A stretch of 64,000 nucleotides of DNA from Octopus bimaculoides (lineage: Eukaryota): assembly GCF_001194135.2 (NCBI RefSeq), contig NC_068988.1, positions 2,535,903 to 2,599,902 on the forward strand, in the 5' to 3' direction. Below the pieces are notes generated by a model. The model saw nothing but the letters and a program-made list of their open reading frames with translations. It was not told the DNA's origin and searched no databases. The stretch's first letter is position 1. Each line of letters begins with the position of its first letter. A program made the translations under genes and the position numbers. This document shows, piece after piece, positions 26,782-41,480 of this stretch.

Positions 26782-26965
26782 ACAAAATGCTTAGTGCCAT
26801 TTCATCTGTCAATATGGTCTGAGTTGAAATTCCGCTGAGGTCAACTTTGCTTTCATCCTTTTGCTGTCATTAAAATTAGTACCCACTGAGAACTGGGGCC
26901 AAAGTAAGTGGCTATCCTCTTTCACACAAATTTCAGGCCTTGTGCCTTTAGTAGAAAGGACTATT
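26782..26965 (+). mobile_element. SINE family C, plus strand, degenerate
   Basis: AAATGCTTAGTGCCATTTC...CTGAGTTGAAATTCCGCTGAGGTCAACTTTGCTTTCATCCTTT...GGCCTTGTGCCTTTAGTAGAAAGG. Confidence 0.7.
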
Positions 26966-26993
26966 GTAGATGTAATGTGTGTATGTGTGCGTG

Positions 26994-27028
<35 letters not shown>

Positions 27029-27205
27029 TTAAGTGTCTGGGCAACTGTGTATACATATCTTTTATCTTTTATAGGTTTCAGCGAAGGGTTGAGGCCATGC
27101 TTTGTACCATATATATAATGTACATGCTTCTTTTTTTCTTCTCTTTCTTCATCTCCTTTACTTCTGTCCTTTCATTAATCTATACCCTTCTGATTTTCCC
27201 TATTT

Positions 27206-27261
27206 GTCTCTGATGATGGAGTATCCCATACTTAGAAATATCCCAGAAACAGCTGTAAGAC
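27206..27261 (+). ncRNA. Minimal type I hammerhead ribozyme motif
   Basis: GTCT-CTGATGA-TGG(agtat...atatc)CCA-GAAA-C-AGCT-G-TA-AGAC. Intact core, 4-bp helix I, helix II closed by TGG/CCA, helix III with palindrome ACAGCTGT, and a GUA cleavage triplet. Confidence 0.75.
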
Positions 27262-27334
27262 TTTTAATTTTTCCAATAATAATGTATATGACTAGTGACC
27301 AAAACTTTTGGTGATATGCTGTGCTTGTGAGGAC

Positions 27335-27900
27335 TGGCCTAGCCAAGTGAAATTGTAGTCATGGCCAATGCTGGTGTCATGTAATTGGTACCCATGCTGG
27401 TAGTACGTAAAGAGCACCTTTGAAGCATTGGGCCTCACAGAGACCAAGTGGCTGAGTTCCTTTCAAGCATTGGGCCTCACAGAGGCAATGACCGAGACAT
27501 TTAGCATTATGTTGTGCTTGAGAAGACCCATCAAGCCGAGCAAAATTGCAATCATGGAAGATACTGGTGTCATGCAAATGGCATCCATGATGAAGACAAG
27601 TAAAACCACCCAGTCTTGGAGTGGTTGGCATTAGGAAGTGCATCCAACCATAGAAACCAAACCAAACCAGACTGGAATCTGGTACAGCCTTCCAGCTTGC
27701 CTGCCCTGGTCAAACTATCCAGCCCATGCCAGCATGGACAACGGACGTTAAATGATGATAATGCCACTGGCACCAGCCACATTGCTTCCATGAAGCCCAA
27801 CCCTTGAAAGGTGCTTTTTACATGGCACCAGCACAGGCGCCACTTATATGACCCCAGCATAAGCCATGACTACGATTTCACTTGGCTTCACAGGTCTTCT
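27335..27900. mobile_element. Composite of family B-related repeats
   Basis: TAAAGAGCACC, GAGTGGTTGGCATTAGGAAGTGCATCCAACCATAGAAAC and GGACGTTAAATGATGAT segments occur in mixed arrangement. Confidence 0.6.
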
Positions 27901-27902
27901 CT

Positions 27903-27979
<77 letters not shown>

Positions 27980-28451
27980 AAGAAACACTATAAGAATATA
28001 TATATACACACATATATATATATATGCACATATATTTAGATGTACAGTGTATGCTTCTTTTTTCTGTATTGTTTACAAAACATGTCTTCTTTTGTTACGG
28101 AATCCACAAAGAAAATAAACACTTTTCCATGTATAGCATGTTTAAGAATGCATTATTTTCATTTTATTTATTCCTGCATATTTCAAGCAGAGTGTGACGC
28201 AGAATACAAAGTGTAATTGGGATAAAATCTGACAATGTGTTAAGATACGTTAAAGTCAGCATTCTTTCTGTTTGAAATTGAATCAATTTCCGCCTTCAAA
28301 AAACTGATCCCAAAGACTTAGCAACTCAACAATGCTCTGGCTTCCATGATATGCTGATTGACCAATCATGTTCTATGGATGGACACTATTCAACTAAATC
28401 ATAACAAATGGTAAGTGCCTACATGTACCATTATTTCAGTTATCTACTTAC

Positions 28452-28484
28452 CATTCCACTGTGATGGACAGAAACACAGAGCTT
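28452..28484 (-). CDS. Candidate 33-nt micro-exon (product unknown)
   Basis: Strong acceptor (TTCTTTTTCTTTTTCTTTTTTTTTCCTAG) and donor (ATG|GTAAGT). Open in all three frames; the phase-1 reading is ALCFCPSQWNG. Confidence 0.35.
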
Positions 28485-28784
28485 CTAGGAAAAAAAAGAA
28501 AAAGAAAAAGAAATAATCAAGATACAAAAAAACCCAGTTAAGACGAAAAATGCTAGAATATGAGAATAGATCGTTGACGTGATACATAAATTTTCATCCA
28601 CATTCTGGTTCATTCTAAGCTCAATACTGTTTTAGACTTTACTACAGAAGAATTTTATGATCACTGGAACTCATTTTTCTACATTAAAATCACACCGTAA
28701 ATATTACAATAACATGAGACTACTGTCACTCTATAACAAACATTAAACACACACACACACACACACACATTCATTATGCATGTG

Positions 28785-29150
28785 AGGTCAAGACATTTAC
28801 TTCCCAACCATATGGTCCTGGGTTCAATCCCACAACATGGCACCTTGAAAAAAGTATCTTTTTCTATAGCCCTGGGCTGACCAAAGCCTTATAATTAAAT
28901 TTGATTGACAGAAAGTGAAAAAAATCTTGTCATATATATATATATGTGTGCTTTTGTGTCCCCTTGTTTTGACATTGTCTGATTGTTGTAAATGAGTGTC
29001 ACTGCCATACAAGCAGTGTCAGTCATTTCTAATCTTGTCTGGTCATGGGGAAATATTACCTTGTTTGGAAACAGCCAAGTGTTGGCAACAGAAAGAGCAT
29101 CCAGCATCTATCCCTCCCTTGAAAGTATGTCCAACCTGTGCAAGCAGAGA
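28785..29150 (+). mobile_element. SINE with family A head
   Basis: CTTCCCAACCATATGGTCCTGGGTTCAATCCCAC...GGCACCTTG...CTATAGCCCTGGGCTGACCAAAGCCTT. Confidence 0.65.
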
Positions 29151-29289
29151 AGAGTGGAAATTAAAACAATGATAATGTGTGTTATATACATGCCTTCTTA
29201 CACAGACACACACACACACACACACACACATACACATACACACACACACATGCACACACAGATAGACAAATGAATATACATATACATAC

Positions 29290-29785
29290 ACATAATGTGC
29301 TGTGCGTGAGAAGACCCGGCAAGCCAAGTAAGATCGTTGCCAGTGCCCCTGGACTGGTTCTTGTGCGGGTGGCACATGAGATGCACCATTTTGAGCGTGG
29401 CCGTTGCCAGTACCGCCTGACTGGCTCCCGTAGGATTTTCGAGCGAGATCGTTGCCAGTGNNNNNNNNNNNNNNNNNNNNNNNNNNNNNNNNNNNNNNNN
29501 NNNNNNNNNNNNNNNNNNNNNNNNNNNNNNNNNNNNNNNNNNNNNNNNNNNNNNNNNNNNNNNNNNNNNNNNNNNNNNNNNNGTTTTCGTGCGGGTGACA
29601 CGTAAAAGCACCCACTACACTCTCTGAGTGGTTGGCGTTAGGAAGGGCATCCAGCTGTAGAAACTCTGCCAAATTAGACTGGAGCCTGGTGTTGCCATCC
29701 GGTTTCACCAGTCCTCAGTCAAATCGTCCAACCCATGCTAGCATGGAAAGCGGACGTTAAACAATGATGATGATGATGATGATAC
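29290..29785 (+). mobile_element. SINE-like family B, young CpG-rich copy spanning a gap
   Basis: CpGs are retained and the 3' end GGAAAGCGGACGTTAAACAATGATGATG is intact. 85 bp are identical to 46643-46727 in inverted orientation. Confidence 0.8.
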
Positions 29786-30045
29786 ATATATGCACATGCA
29801 GAAATAGCCTGAAACCAGGCTGGTCTGCTGGTCCCATCGCAAGAAGGTGGCAGGGGTTCGCTCCCCTGCTTGCAATATCTCAGATGCAGCTGTGCATCAT
29901 TAACCAGCTAGAGGAGATGTCCTCTTGGGGTTAAAAAATCACAGTAAAGTCCGTTGGAATGGGCAGCCATATTGATATACATATGTATATATACACATAT
30001 ATATATACATATACACATATATATACACATATATATTTATATGCA

Positions 30046-30097
<52 letters not shown>

Positions 30098-30162
30098 GTA
30101 CATACACACACACATACATACATGCACACACATAGATATGCATATATATGTATGTACATATG

Positions 30163-30196
<34 letters not shown>

Positions 30197-30533
30197 TATT
30201 CACATACATGCAACTGAAGTAGCATACAGCCTTTACCTAAACCCAAATGATTCAGTCATTTGCTTGCCCCTACCCCCCACGCCCTGCTACCTCCGCTTGC
30301 AGTTCTCCTTTCACCAAATTTTTACCTACAGCACCAAAACGGAACTGGCCAAACTGACTATAAAACGTATCACCCTCACCTATCTCACCTGTCTACAAAA
30401 TTCATTAGCCACCTCTCTCCCCACCCGCCCTTCCTCTTCTCTGATGAAATGATTACAAAAACAATAATGAAACAAAACAATTCAGCATGAAACTCAGTTG
30501 CTTAATAAAGAGTTTGAGGTGGTAACATGAATA

Positions 30534-30586
<53 letters not shown>

Positions 30587-31761
30587 CGCATGCACGCACA
30601 CACGCACGCACGCACGCACACACACACTCAGACAGAGACATACACACACCTATAGTGTTTGTGAATTTTGCCTCTTAATATCCCCATTGTATTTAATGCA
30701 TCGTGATGGAGTACTGATAGCCATTTTGAAATACACACACAGTGTTTTATTCGCTTCAGTCTTATTTTGTAATAGTATTATTTATTATTAACTACCAAAG
30801 TCTTTTGTCATGCATTTACAGTCAGATACTTTATTCCACTGTATATAATTTAATTATCTCACAATGTTCTTGGTATAATTCCAATGTACCCTTTACTTTC
30901 ATATTTTATTTTATTTTATTCATGTTTAGATAATATTTTCTGTTTTCCCATAAAGCTCTTGTTATGTGAAGAATTGTACGAATATGTGTGATTCTATCAA
31001 ATTTATGTTTATTAATTTCTTTTGCTCTCACGTCCTTTCCAATCGTAACCATTTTGATTAGATCACTGTTCACAAAAAAAAAAAAAAAAAATAGAAAAAG
31101 ATTTAAAAAAAATCTATTCGGTAGTTTTGTAATACACACTTTGATAATCTCAAATGATTAATTAGTAGAAGAAACAGCACTAGGTTAATGTTTACACTCT
31201 TCACAATGGCTATTCCCATTCCTGTCATGAAGTGACATAAATTTGGTAGAAATGCCCAGACTGTTTGAAATATAGTGAAACAGCCAACTCCTCTGAAAAA
31301 AATCAACCAGTTACTTTGATTTCCATAAAGAACGGTTTCATATTAATTACACTTGAGGGTATGGCTACTTTGGTTGTGTTTGCTTGTAAAATAAGTGTTT
31401 TATTGAAATTTGGCTAAAGTAGAATTTATTTGCAGGCAAACAGTTAGAGAACGGTTTTGCTTGCATTTAAAACGAATGTTAGAAATGTCACCTGTAAACA
31501 GGCAAATGAGAAAGAAATAATAAAATAGAATGCAAAAGCAAATACACTGAAAACATTTTTTCTGGGACTTTAATTTGTTTTTTATTTACTAAAGCAGAAG
31601 TTTTCAGAAATGTCATTATTCATTTCTACAATTTTCATATCTATAAAATATTAGAATCTTTCAAAAAACGAAATTTATTATTTTTAAAGCTTCACCATTA
31701 ACATGTGAAAATTTCCAGCTTTTTGGGAAATGTCGTTGCAATAGCTTGAAAGAAGTGCATG

Positions 31762-31794
<33 letters not shown>

Positions 31795-32013
31795 ACACAC
31801 ACATATATATGTATGTACATTGTATATATATATGTATGTACATTGTATATATATGTATGTGTGTGTACATTTATATATATATATGTATGCACATTCCAAT
31901 ACATATACATATGTATACACACACACACCAACAAATATTTATGTGCAAGTATATATAAATACACACACATATATATATATTTAANNNNNNNNNNNNNNNN
32001 NNNNNNNNNNNNN

Positions 32014-32063
<50 letters not shown>

Positions 32064-32399
32064 CTCCAAATAATATATGTGTATAATGTGTGTGTATGCA
32101 CGTGCGTGTGCACGTGCACACGTGTGTGCATGTGTGTTTGTGTGTGTGGTAGCTAAGTGCATTTCAATAGCTAGACTAATAACCAAACCCGTTCTTCAGT
32201 TTAACCACATTGCCATGTTTTAAAATATAATTTCATGTGCAAAAAGCCTGCTTTCATCTTGGTATCCTGATGTGTCTAATATAACAGACAGACATCTTTT
32301 GTTGTATGATTAAGTGAATTACTTCTCTTGTCATGACATCTCAACCATTTGACTTGTTATGATCAAAGATCTCAATCAGTTGGTGATCAGTCTGTTGGC

Positions 32400-34150
32400 T
32401 TCTAGACGAGACTGGTGGAAAAACAAATTTCTTTCTTGGTCCCACACATAACCCTACATGTTAAAGATCATCTCTTATTGTTAGAGAGGTGCCACTGTTT
32501 GCCATAACAGGTTGTTTCCATCCTGTGGTAACCCTTTAAAACTCAGTAGAATGAGCCATGTAAATGGTTTTGGGCCAGCATGCGATACAATAATGGGGTC
32601 AACTCTCAACCTCTCGTCTACTTGACTGGTTCCTCCCCCTATGAACTTATTCACCTAGAAGACAATGGAGAAGCTTATATGTGGTCATTTTATCTGCTGT
32701 AAACAGCAGCCAGATATCCCTCACATCACACTTTACTGTTTTTAACCCTTGGTTACCCTATCTCTGTTTGAGTACAATAGTTCCAAGCTATTCATCAAAT
32801 AATTTAGTAAAATAACTTTGTCCTAATTAAGCTGGTATTTGCAACTTAAATTAACAGGAAATTTTGAGGGTAAGTTTTAATTTAGATTACTTTAAAACAT
32901 GAGGAGTTTGTATTGAAGAATCAAGGATGATTCCAAAAGTGTTGATATCGAAAAGGTTGAAAATAGAAAAACCTTTTTGACAAATTTGTCTTCGTGACAC
33001 TATACTTGAAAATAAGGGTGGGTGGTGCAAGGATGGAATACCTGTAATCGTAAGCTTGTTTGATCAATCACCCAAATACTTGCGATAGAATGAACTTTTC
33101 TAAAGAGACATCCAAAGTCTGTGATCGTAAAACCCAAGAGAATGAGACTAATCACAGAATAATTTGGTTCTTCATACTTACAAACATCCTTTACAAAATT
33201 ATGTTTGAATATAAAATGTGGTTTGAACGATGGAGATGGTATCAAGATAAATAATGGAGAAATTGTGTTTTAGAGATGTTTCATCTATTTTGTTATTTCA
33301 CTTGAAATCAGGTTTGAACTTTTGATCGAATATTTTCTTGCCATGATCAACCTGTTTGTTGTCTTTTCATGTATCTATCCTTTACTAAATATATAGTTTG
33401 ATTGTTTTTTTTTCTAAGTAGTAGAAGCTTCTTTATTGGTCCATGAGTGTTTTATGCATCACTTGGAGGAGATGGATGAGTTCCAAGCTATTCATCAAAG
33501 AATGTGGATGTACCGGATCTAGAATTGTCCAGTAACTCGGTCATGTTTTATCTGATTTAACTGCTTAAATTTTAAGTTGTTCTGATGGCGGAAGCAAAGG
33601 GGTAAGTCCTAATCGTATATTATTTCTCTATCCCACATTATCCTTGTAATTAAGCCATATGTGAATCAGTGGCTTCTTGAAATCCATGCTTGCTTGATCT
33701 ATTTTATGTGCTGTAGGGAACAGGATAAGAATTAGGCACAGAACAGCCTTTTTTGCTCAGCGTACAATTCAAGTTGAGGTCCTGCTTGGCAGCATGCATC
33801 CACTAGGAAATTTTTTCCACCTGCATTCTCTTGCAAGCAGTAGCAATATGCAATGAAAGTGCAGTCAGGAACATTGCGGCATTAAGAGCCCATGTTATTC
33901 TCTAACCAAAGGCTTGATCCACATGTTTGCAACTGAATGACTCTTGTCAGAGGGACATCCAAAGGCCAGGTTGTGATGTTAATCCATGCCTACCACTATA
34001 CACGAATTGCAAGGACCAGCATCGCTTACTGGGTCCAGAATATCTTCTTTGATACAGCTTGCAATTTAGAGGGCCAGGAACTCATAGATGAGCTGTCATT
34101 GCTGTGGTTGCAGATACCACGTCACTCCCTGACAGCTGATTGCAAGTTTG
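32400..34150 (-). mobile_element. Highly decayed L1/Tx1-like LINE RT remnant
   Basis: Scattered minus-strand motifs SMDFKKPLIHIWL (LD..KAFD.V.H.WL-like, ~33670) and KYLGD*SNKLTITG (W..K.LT..G-like, ~33060). Boundaries are uncertain. Confidence 0.35.
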
Positions 34151-34189
34151 TGAAGTAACCAGAAAAGTCCAGAAAAGTAGGTATTGATA

Positions 34190-34243
<54 letters not shown>

Positions 34244-37200
34244 CGAGGAAGAGAGAGATTAAAGAGAGTAACAAGGAAAACAGCTAAATGGCTATCATCA
34301 TAATAGCTTGTCATGTGTCTAAAGTTCAAATTCATTGCCAGTATACAGTTGTCAGAATGAGAAAGAGCCTTAATATTACATGCTTCAGTTCACCCCAGCT
34401 GTCAGGAATAACTTCTACATTGTCTAGCAATGTCAACTTATTTATAACATCATTACTTCAACGAATCCTTGTAATGATGCCATAAAATTTTGCTGCGTTT
34501 CAAATTAGAAATGTTATAGTCTAAGTATTGTGTATTTCTTGCAGTAATGATATAATAAACTTCTAGTTATAAACATACCACAACAGACAGTATATATTTC
34601 AGAGATATTGAACCACCAAACAGAAGCCTCTATGTAGCTGAATGACCTGCTAGAAATAGAACTAAATCGCCCTTTTATCAAAACTTACCGTTTAAAAAAA
34701 TAAAGGAAACACATTTGATAATGCAGTTATAGATACAAAACCAAATGAAATAGGAAGGACAGAGCCAGTAGAGTCTCAAAGCACTACTAGTGTGCTAACC
34801 ACAGTGTTGTTACAAATAGAGGAGTTGACTTGAAAACGACTGTGCTTTTATAAAACACTTGTGAAATAACATGAAGTATATTTGCCACTTAAATGCGGCT
34901 AAACCCTAAGGGTGAATGTTACTGTTGCTTTTAGCCCCAGGAGAACATCTCCTCCAGCTGGCTATTGACACACATCTGTGCCCTGTCGGTATTTGTAAAG
35001 GGAAGTCATCCTTCCCATCTTGATCTTAGGTGAAATATCACAGCAGAAATTTATTGTTTTTTTTAATAAGATTGTTTCTATGAACTTCACCCCAAAAGTA
35101 TTATGTTGAAGTATTTCTAGAGAAAATGTGCTTGGTGTTTTTGTTTTTTATTCTCGTTGGATGTGGGTCATTTTCATAAGTTGAAGGTCTGCAGGATTGA
35201 GAACGATAAAAATAGGCTGAATATCCCTTGCACTCTTTCCCTCTGAAGACTTCTGTTTGCATATCATGATAACTATACAATTCTATTACAACATAACTCC
35301 ATATGATATCAAATATCACCAAAAATTGATATTGTGCTTTGTAGAATATACAACACTCAGGACATTATTGAACTATTTACTATCACATGTGTCTATGTGT
35401 CTGTATGGTTTAGCCTGCCAAAGTACCGTCCCTCTTTCCCTCTTAAAGTTACGTTCACAGAAAGCTCTGAGCTGAGCTGTAAGCAGAGTTCAGTACAACC
35501 ATTTTACACAGCATTAAAAATAGTTGAATTCGTTGATGAACCTTCTATTATTAATGCACCACAACTCAGTACAAACCACTGCACAGCAATAAGGTCTTAC
35601 CACCATTTGACCTTTTACTATGGTGACTAGAATGGTTGTAGCACCGAGATGGCTGTGTACCACATGTCCATAGATTGCGCACCACTTCCACAGATTTTGT
35701 ACCAGACATTCACAAGCTCACCTGATTCCTTTGTTCCTTCTTTTCTCTTCTCAGCTAATCCTAAACATTGACTTTTATGCCAAAAACCATTCACCCTATA
35801 GAACAGGGACGGTTAAGATATTTGATAAGAAGAACCACATGTGATAACTATAGTTGCTAAGCCTATGTGCCCTCACCATAATCCTAGAAACACCATGCTG
35901 TTGATACACTCTGACAGGATGGTCAAAACTGTAATGACTTTGATCATAAGTCTACTTAAATCAGGGATGAACTGGGGTTAAACAATAACAACAGCCTCAT
36001 CAAATGGCCAAGGTGGCCTACATGGGTTATTCCTCATTTCCCCAGCTGACAGTAACTTGGTAGAATATACAATATGATTCTTTCATTCTTGGTCAATAAA
36101 TTGAACCCTTATTGATTTGGAAAGCTGTGGCTCTCAAACACTTGATTATCTGTATTACAATGTAATCAGGAATTTGAGACTCTCAGCTTTTAGAATTTTT
36201 CCCTATTTAACCCTGAAGTGAAAGAATACATCTAAATTTTTTTAAAAATAAATTTGAAGAAAATGTTGCCTGTATTTTAGTTCGGAACACTTGTCTAGTG
36301 TGAACCATTTGATTTGACTTGGCATCAATGGAGGATTTAAACTGTCATGATATCACTCTCCCCTTGCACGTAAACAGTATCTTTATTAACATCTACTGCC
36401 CTTCCTTAGAGCAGAATTTGCTTTATCACATTTATAAATCTCGTATTGACCAACCTCTGCTACCATACTTTTATTTCATTAAGTGACAGGGAGCTTTGTA
36501 ACAAGCATTAAGACTAACATCATATCATAACAACATTCCTTGAAATTAACCACCCCCAACAACAACAACAGCAATAACAACAATGACAACAACGGCAGCA
36601 ACAGCAACAACAGAATGAAAATAAAAGAAAATCTAGTTATTCCAATTCTTTTCAGCCTTTTCTTTGCAGTCTTTTCCATTTGAAGAACATGTCAACCATA
36701 CAATTTGTCTGCTCATTCAGAAATTTTCAAAAGAAAATCTTTTTCATTCACTTCTCATCCAGAACCTCTTTCCAATTCTATCAGCTTGATAGCAGATGAA
36801 TGCACATGCATTCATGCACATATACACTCAAGCATGTATGCACTGACATGCATACAATGTGTAAACATACACAAACATATATGCACTGAAATACCCACCG
36901 AGAGTGCATTACACACACACACACACACACACACACTCACCATCCATTGTTAATACATTTATATCAACACACATGTACACATGCACACACATACTACATC
37001 CACTTTGAATACATTCATATCAACATACACAGATGCACAGATGCACATACATATATGAATACTTACAGACAGACCTACAAACTTAATTGTATATACTCTG
37101 TCAAACAGTATACACATACATATGCTACTACGTAAGCACACACTTTTATGTTCATATATATCAATTCACCTGCATACACTCGCAAACTCTTTTACACACA

Positions 37201-37375
37201 CACAAATGTGTACATATTCACTTGTATACAGAAATCTATACACTTATAGAAGTAAAAAAAAATACCTAAAATAAAATAGAGCTATAATTCGGGAATAATT
37301 GTATACAGAAATAAATGCACACAGACATTTCCAAACATGCTGACATTAATACATAAACCTAGATTTGCATATTTC

Positions 37376-37422
<47 letters not shown>

Positions 37423-38240
37423 ATACTCACAAGCACAGATATTCCCATATATAGAGACAGAAATACATTCTTAACCAATTGTAATCAGCTTCAATTTAGT
37501 TTCCTTTACTGTTTATCAGCTTTCATGAAACTGTAAAATAGCAAGAACAGTCTACATATGACTGGCATCATTTTGACAGTTCTTATGGCTTCAATTACCA
37601 AATACTTTTAAGGAAAGCTTTCAAGTTAATGTAAAACAAGCAGTAACCATTTAGTAATGATTATAGGACAAGAATGACAGAATTGAGTCAGCTGACTTAA
37701 TGCCACACACTATTTCGTTTTCTTCTACTCTTATATTCTGAATTCAAACGTTATGGCAACCAACTTGGCTGTCTATCCTTCCGGAATCAATAATACAAAT
37801 ACCAGTGATATTCGTTGGTTTAGTCAGTGTACTACTAGTAAGTATGTTGAATGTAGTGGATGCAGCATAGCTGAATGTTTAAAGCATTCACTTCACAATC
37901 ATGGGGTCCCAAGTTCGGTCTTAGCATTTGGCTGGCATCGTTGTTCAGTTTGACCCAAGCATTGTGAGTGAAGTTAGATAAAAACTGTATGGAAGACTTT
38001 CAGACAGATTGTAACAGATTGTAACTCAGTATGTTATGATGATTTTACATGAAGATTATGTTAATGGCACACATATCTATGGACTATTCAGCCACTTACA
38101 TGTGCGGGTAATTAAGTTGATTAAATAACTGAATGCTCATCATTGCAGCTGGTGGAGATCCATAATTTACCGTCATGTAATATACATTAATTGAACAGAA
38201 TATAAAAGTCTTTAGATATATGATATACAGTAGGTGAATA

Positions 38241-38790
38241 TGAGGTGCAATTTGGTTTTGTTCCTGGAAGAGGTACCATTGATGTAATATTCCTTCTGAG
38301 GCAGCTGTAAGAGAAATACCTAGCTAAGAGTAAACTGCTATACCTCGCAGTTGTTGATTTGGAGAAAGCATTTGACAGGGTACCATGTTCAGTAATTTGG
38401 TGGCTCTGTGGAATCTAGAAATAGATGAATGGCTTATGCAGGCAGTTCAAGCAATGTACAAGAAAGTTGTAAGTAAAGTGAGAGTTGGCAATGACTTTAG
38501 TGAAGAATTTAACATGAATGTAGGAGTCAATCAAGCTTCAGTCCTCAGTCCTCTCCTATTCACTTATAGTCCTATGATCCATTACAGAGAAGCTTCAGAC
38601 TGGCTGTCAATAAGAACTCTTGTAAGCTGGTGATCTAGTTCTCATAGATTAATCTATCGGGGCATTGGAGAAGAAATTCCAGAATTAGAGGTTAAACCTG
38701 AAATTGAGAGGCCCTAAGATAAACTTAGCAAAGACAAGGGTTTTAGTCAGTAGGGAAAAAGACAGACCCTGGCAGATTCAGGGAAAATGC
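38241..38790 (+). mobile_element. RTE-clade LINE reverse transcriptase fragment
   Basis: EVQFGFVPGRGTIDVIFLLRQL*EKYLAKSKLLYLAVVDLEKAFDRVP, then IDEWLMQAVQAMY...FSEEFNMNVGVNQASVLSPLLF. Frameshifted. Confidence 0.9.
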
Positions 38791-39599
38791 CTTCTTTGTG
38801 TCATCTGTGTCATCCCTCATTCTTGTCCTTCCCCACCAATAACTGTACTATCTTCAGTCCACCTGCTTCTCACCCCCACTCTCACCCTTCTATCTCCCCC
38901 ATGACTCCTTGCTCATCCACCCTTCAATCCTACCCCTTCCAGCAGTCTGCTTCTCACCCCCTTCCCCCATCCCCTCATTCTCCTTTCTATACAATCATGC
39001 AAACTAATTCTTCAACTTATCTTGTGCCTCGTGGGGCCGCCTAGGCCATTGGCCATTGTCTATCCCTTGCAGCTCGTTTTCTCTTTCTTTCTCCTTCACC
39101 TGAGTAGCCATTTAGGTCCTCTTCACCTCCCTGTCTCCACCTTCACATCGTTCAATCCCTCGTCCACAAGCAAGAAGCTGACCCCCCCCCACACACACAC
39201 AGGGGTCAAAACCCTGCAAGCTGGATGGTGACCTCACTAGTGCATATAATATATCTCCACTTATATAAACTGAAAACTAAGGTGGGATGGCCATAAATGG
39301 GAAGCCTTGATCATCGGTCTGCTTGATCTGAGTTTACAGAAGAACTAAATTCCAACTCCATAATGAAATGGAACAGTAAATTCTTCTATTTGTCTTGCAA
39401 ATAAACTTACGTGTTCATATTAAAGTGTCCTGGTGTAGGATTCCGTATCAGAATTTCGGTTGTGTGTCCGTCCAGCAATGGTAAACACGGAACTGTCATT
39501 CCTCACAATCAACACAATCAATATTATTGGAGGGAAAAGAAATGGTTTTTAGATTAGAAGTAATAGCAGCAGAGAAAGTCATGACGTTAATGCTGTGTT

Positions 39600-40100
39600 G
39601 AGATGGTGATGATGATGATGATGATGTTGGTGGTGGTAGTGGTAGTAGTGGTGATGATGGAGGTGGTGGTATTGGTTGTGGTGGTGGTGGTGATGGTGGC
39701 AGTGGTGGCAGGAGCAGCGGTGGTGGTGGTGGTGGTGGTGGTGGTGGTGTTATTGGTGGTGGTGTTATTNNNNNNNNNNNNNNNNNNNNNNNNNNNNNNN
39801 NNNNNNNNNNNNNNNNNNNNNNNNNNNNNNNNNNNNNNNNNNNNNNNNNNNNNNNNNNNNNNNNNGGTGGCAATGATGGTGGGGGGGTGGCAATGATGGT
39901 GGGGGTAGTGGTGGTGGTGATAGTGGTCGTGGTGGCAATGATGGTGGGGGTGGTGATGGTGGTGGTGCACCTACTGCTTGTGATTAGGATGTTGTTGTCA
40001 GGATCTAATAATGAAATTGGTGATGAAGTATATTGTTGTAGGTGGTGATGATGATGATGATAATGGTGGTGGTAGTGGTGGTGGTGGGGGTAGAGCAGGG
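39600..40100. repeat. (GGT/GAT)n low-complexity tract with gap
   Basis: Directly visible trinucleotide repeats, which explain the poly-V/T/P/H ORFs. Confidence 0.9.
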
Positions 40101-41257
40101 TGGTTTTGGTTTTGTTGGTGATGGTTTTACTGATAAGAGTGGAGCTAACAATGATATTGATCAGGTTTAGAATCAAATAATCAACTTCTGATTTTGATGC
40201 TGATTTGATTCAGGAACCTAAACAATGCTAGAAATGCATGTCAACACTCAGTTCAGGATACATAATGAAGGTTTCTTTTCATCTTTTAGACTTTCCGCTT
40301 AAATGGAAATTTTAGCTTCAAGTGGGTTTTCTTTCATCACAATCTCTAAAACTGCTTGATTATCTCCCTTTATTTATTTATTTTTTGTTCATTGACATTC
40401 CAAGGTTCCCTCCCTTGTCCCGTTTAAGAGAATTTTCATAAGCACTGTTTCTTTTTTTTTTCATCAGTGTCAGGTGGAATGTCATATAATTCAATTTGTT
40501 TTCAGTATTAAGTATGTTAACATATATTTATCTAGAGATCCTTTGCAGAAGGTATCTTTGGGACATTTTCTAATGAATGAAAATGATTCCATAAAAGAAA
40601 ACTTCGATTCACTTCAATTCTGTGTTGATACCAAGACCAAACTAGAGAATGCAAAGTACTTTCGCTTTTGTTTTCCTGTCACCTATTCAGGTTTACGGAA
40701 ATACCTTAGTGCTTGACATCAACAGATTATTTTATCTTCAGATGATTTCCTGAAAGGACAGCCATTGTGTTGAATGTCAGAGAAGTTTTCTAACAAGTAG
40801 ATTTGCATTGATTTCAACAAAGCAATGATGATGTTATCGAAAATTAATTTTGGTCTTGACCTTAAATCTTCCTGTCTATATTGAACTTACAACTTTCAAT
40901 GACCTTCTTATAGACACATACAGTCTTCATTTCCTCATATCATGTCTATCAGTTCACCTTATTCTTTCAAACGAAACAAAATAAAGAAGAAAAAGAAAAA
41001 AATAACTGACATTTGTATATTTACGAAGAAAAATATCAGAAACATGACAAAAATTTGCTAGTATCGTGTTTGTTTTCAGCTGTAATTGCCCAACCTTATT
41101 ACAAATCTCCTGATAGTTGATATTTGGTGTCGTTTAGATTTGTAGAAGTTGCCTGTCTGTCATTTTAAAGACATGAAGAGGCTGTCTTGTTGAAACCTGT
41201 CACACAAACTAAAAGAGCAGGTAACATGACAGCTTAGCAAAGACAGATCTAGCTAAA

Positions 41258-41480
41258 AGTCATCAGCATCATCATCGTCATCATCATTGTCATCATTGTC
41301 ATCATTGTCATCATCGTCATCGGCATCATTATCATTACTGTCGTTGTTGTCCTTGTCATTGTCATCATTATCATCATCATCATCATTGTCATTGTCATCA
41401 CCGTTGTTGTTGTCATAATTATCATCCTAATCATTATCATCCTCCTCCTCCTTCTCCTCTTCCTCCTCCTCATCATCATC
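41258..41480. repeat. (CAT/CGT/CCT)n cryptic trinucleotide tract
   Basis: Directly visible; explains the poly-M/R ORF 41249-41482. Confidence 0.9.

Noticed and set aside
30441-30480. CTGATGA...GAAAC in a PLE-terminus-like pyrimidine tract
   Set aside because: Helix II is weak and there is no NUH triplet or helix I partner. At best it is a dead relic.
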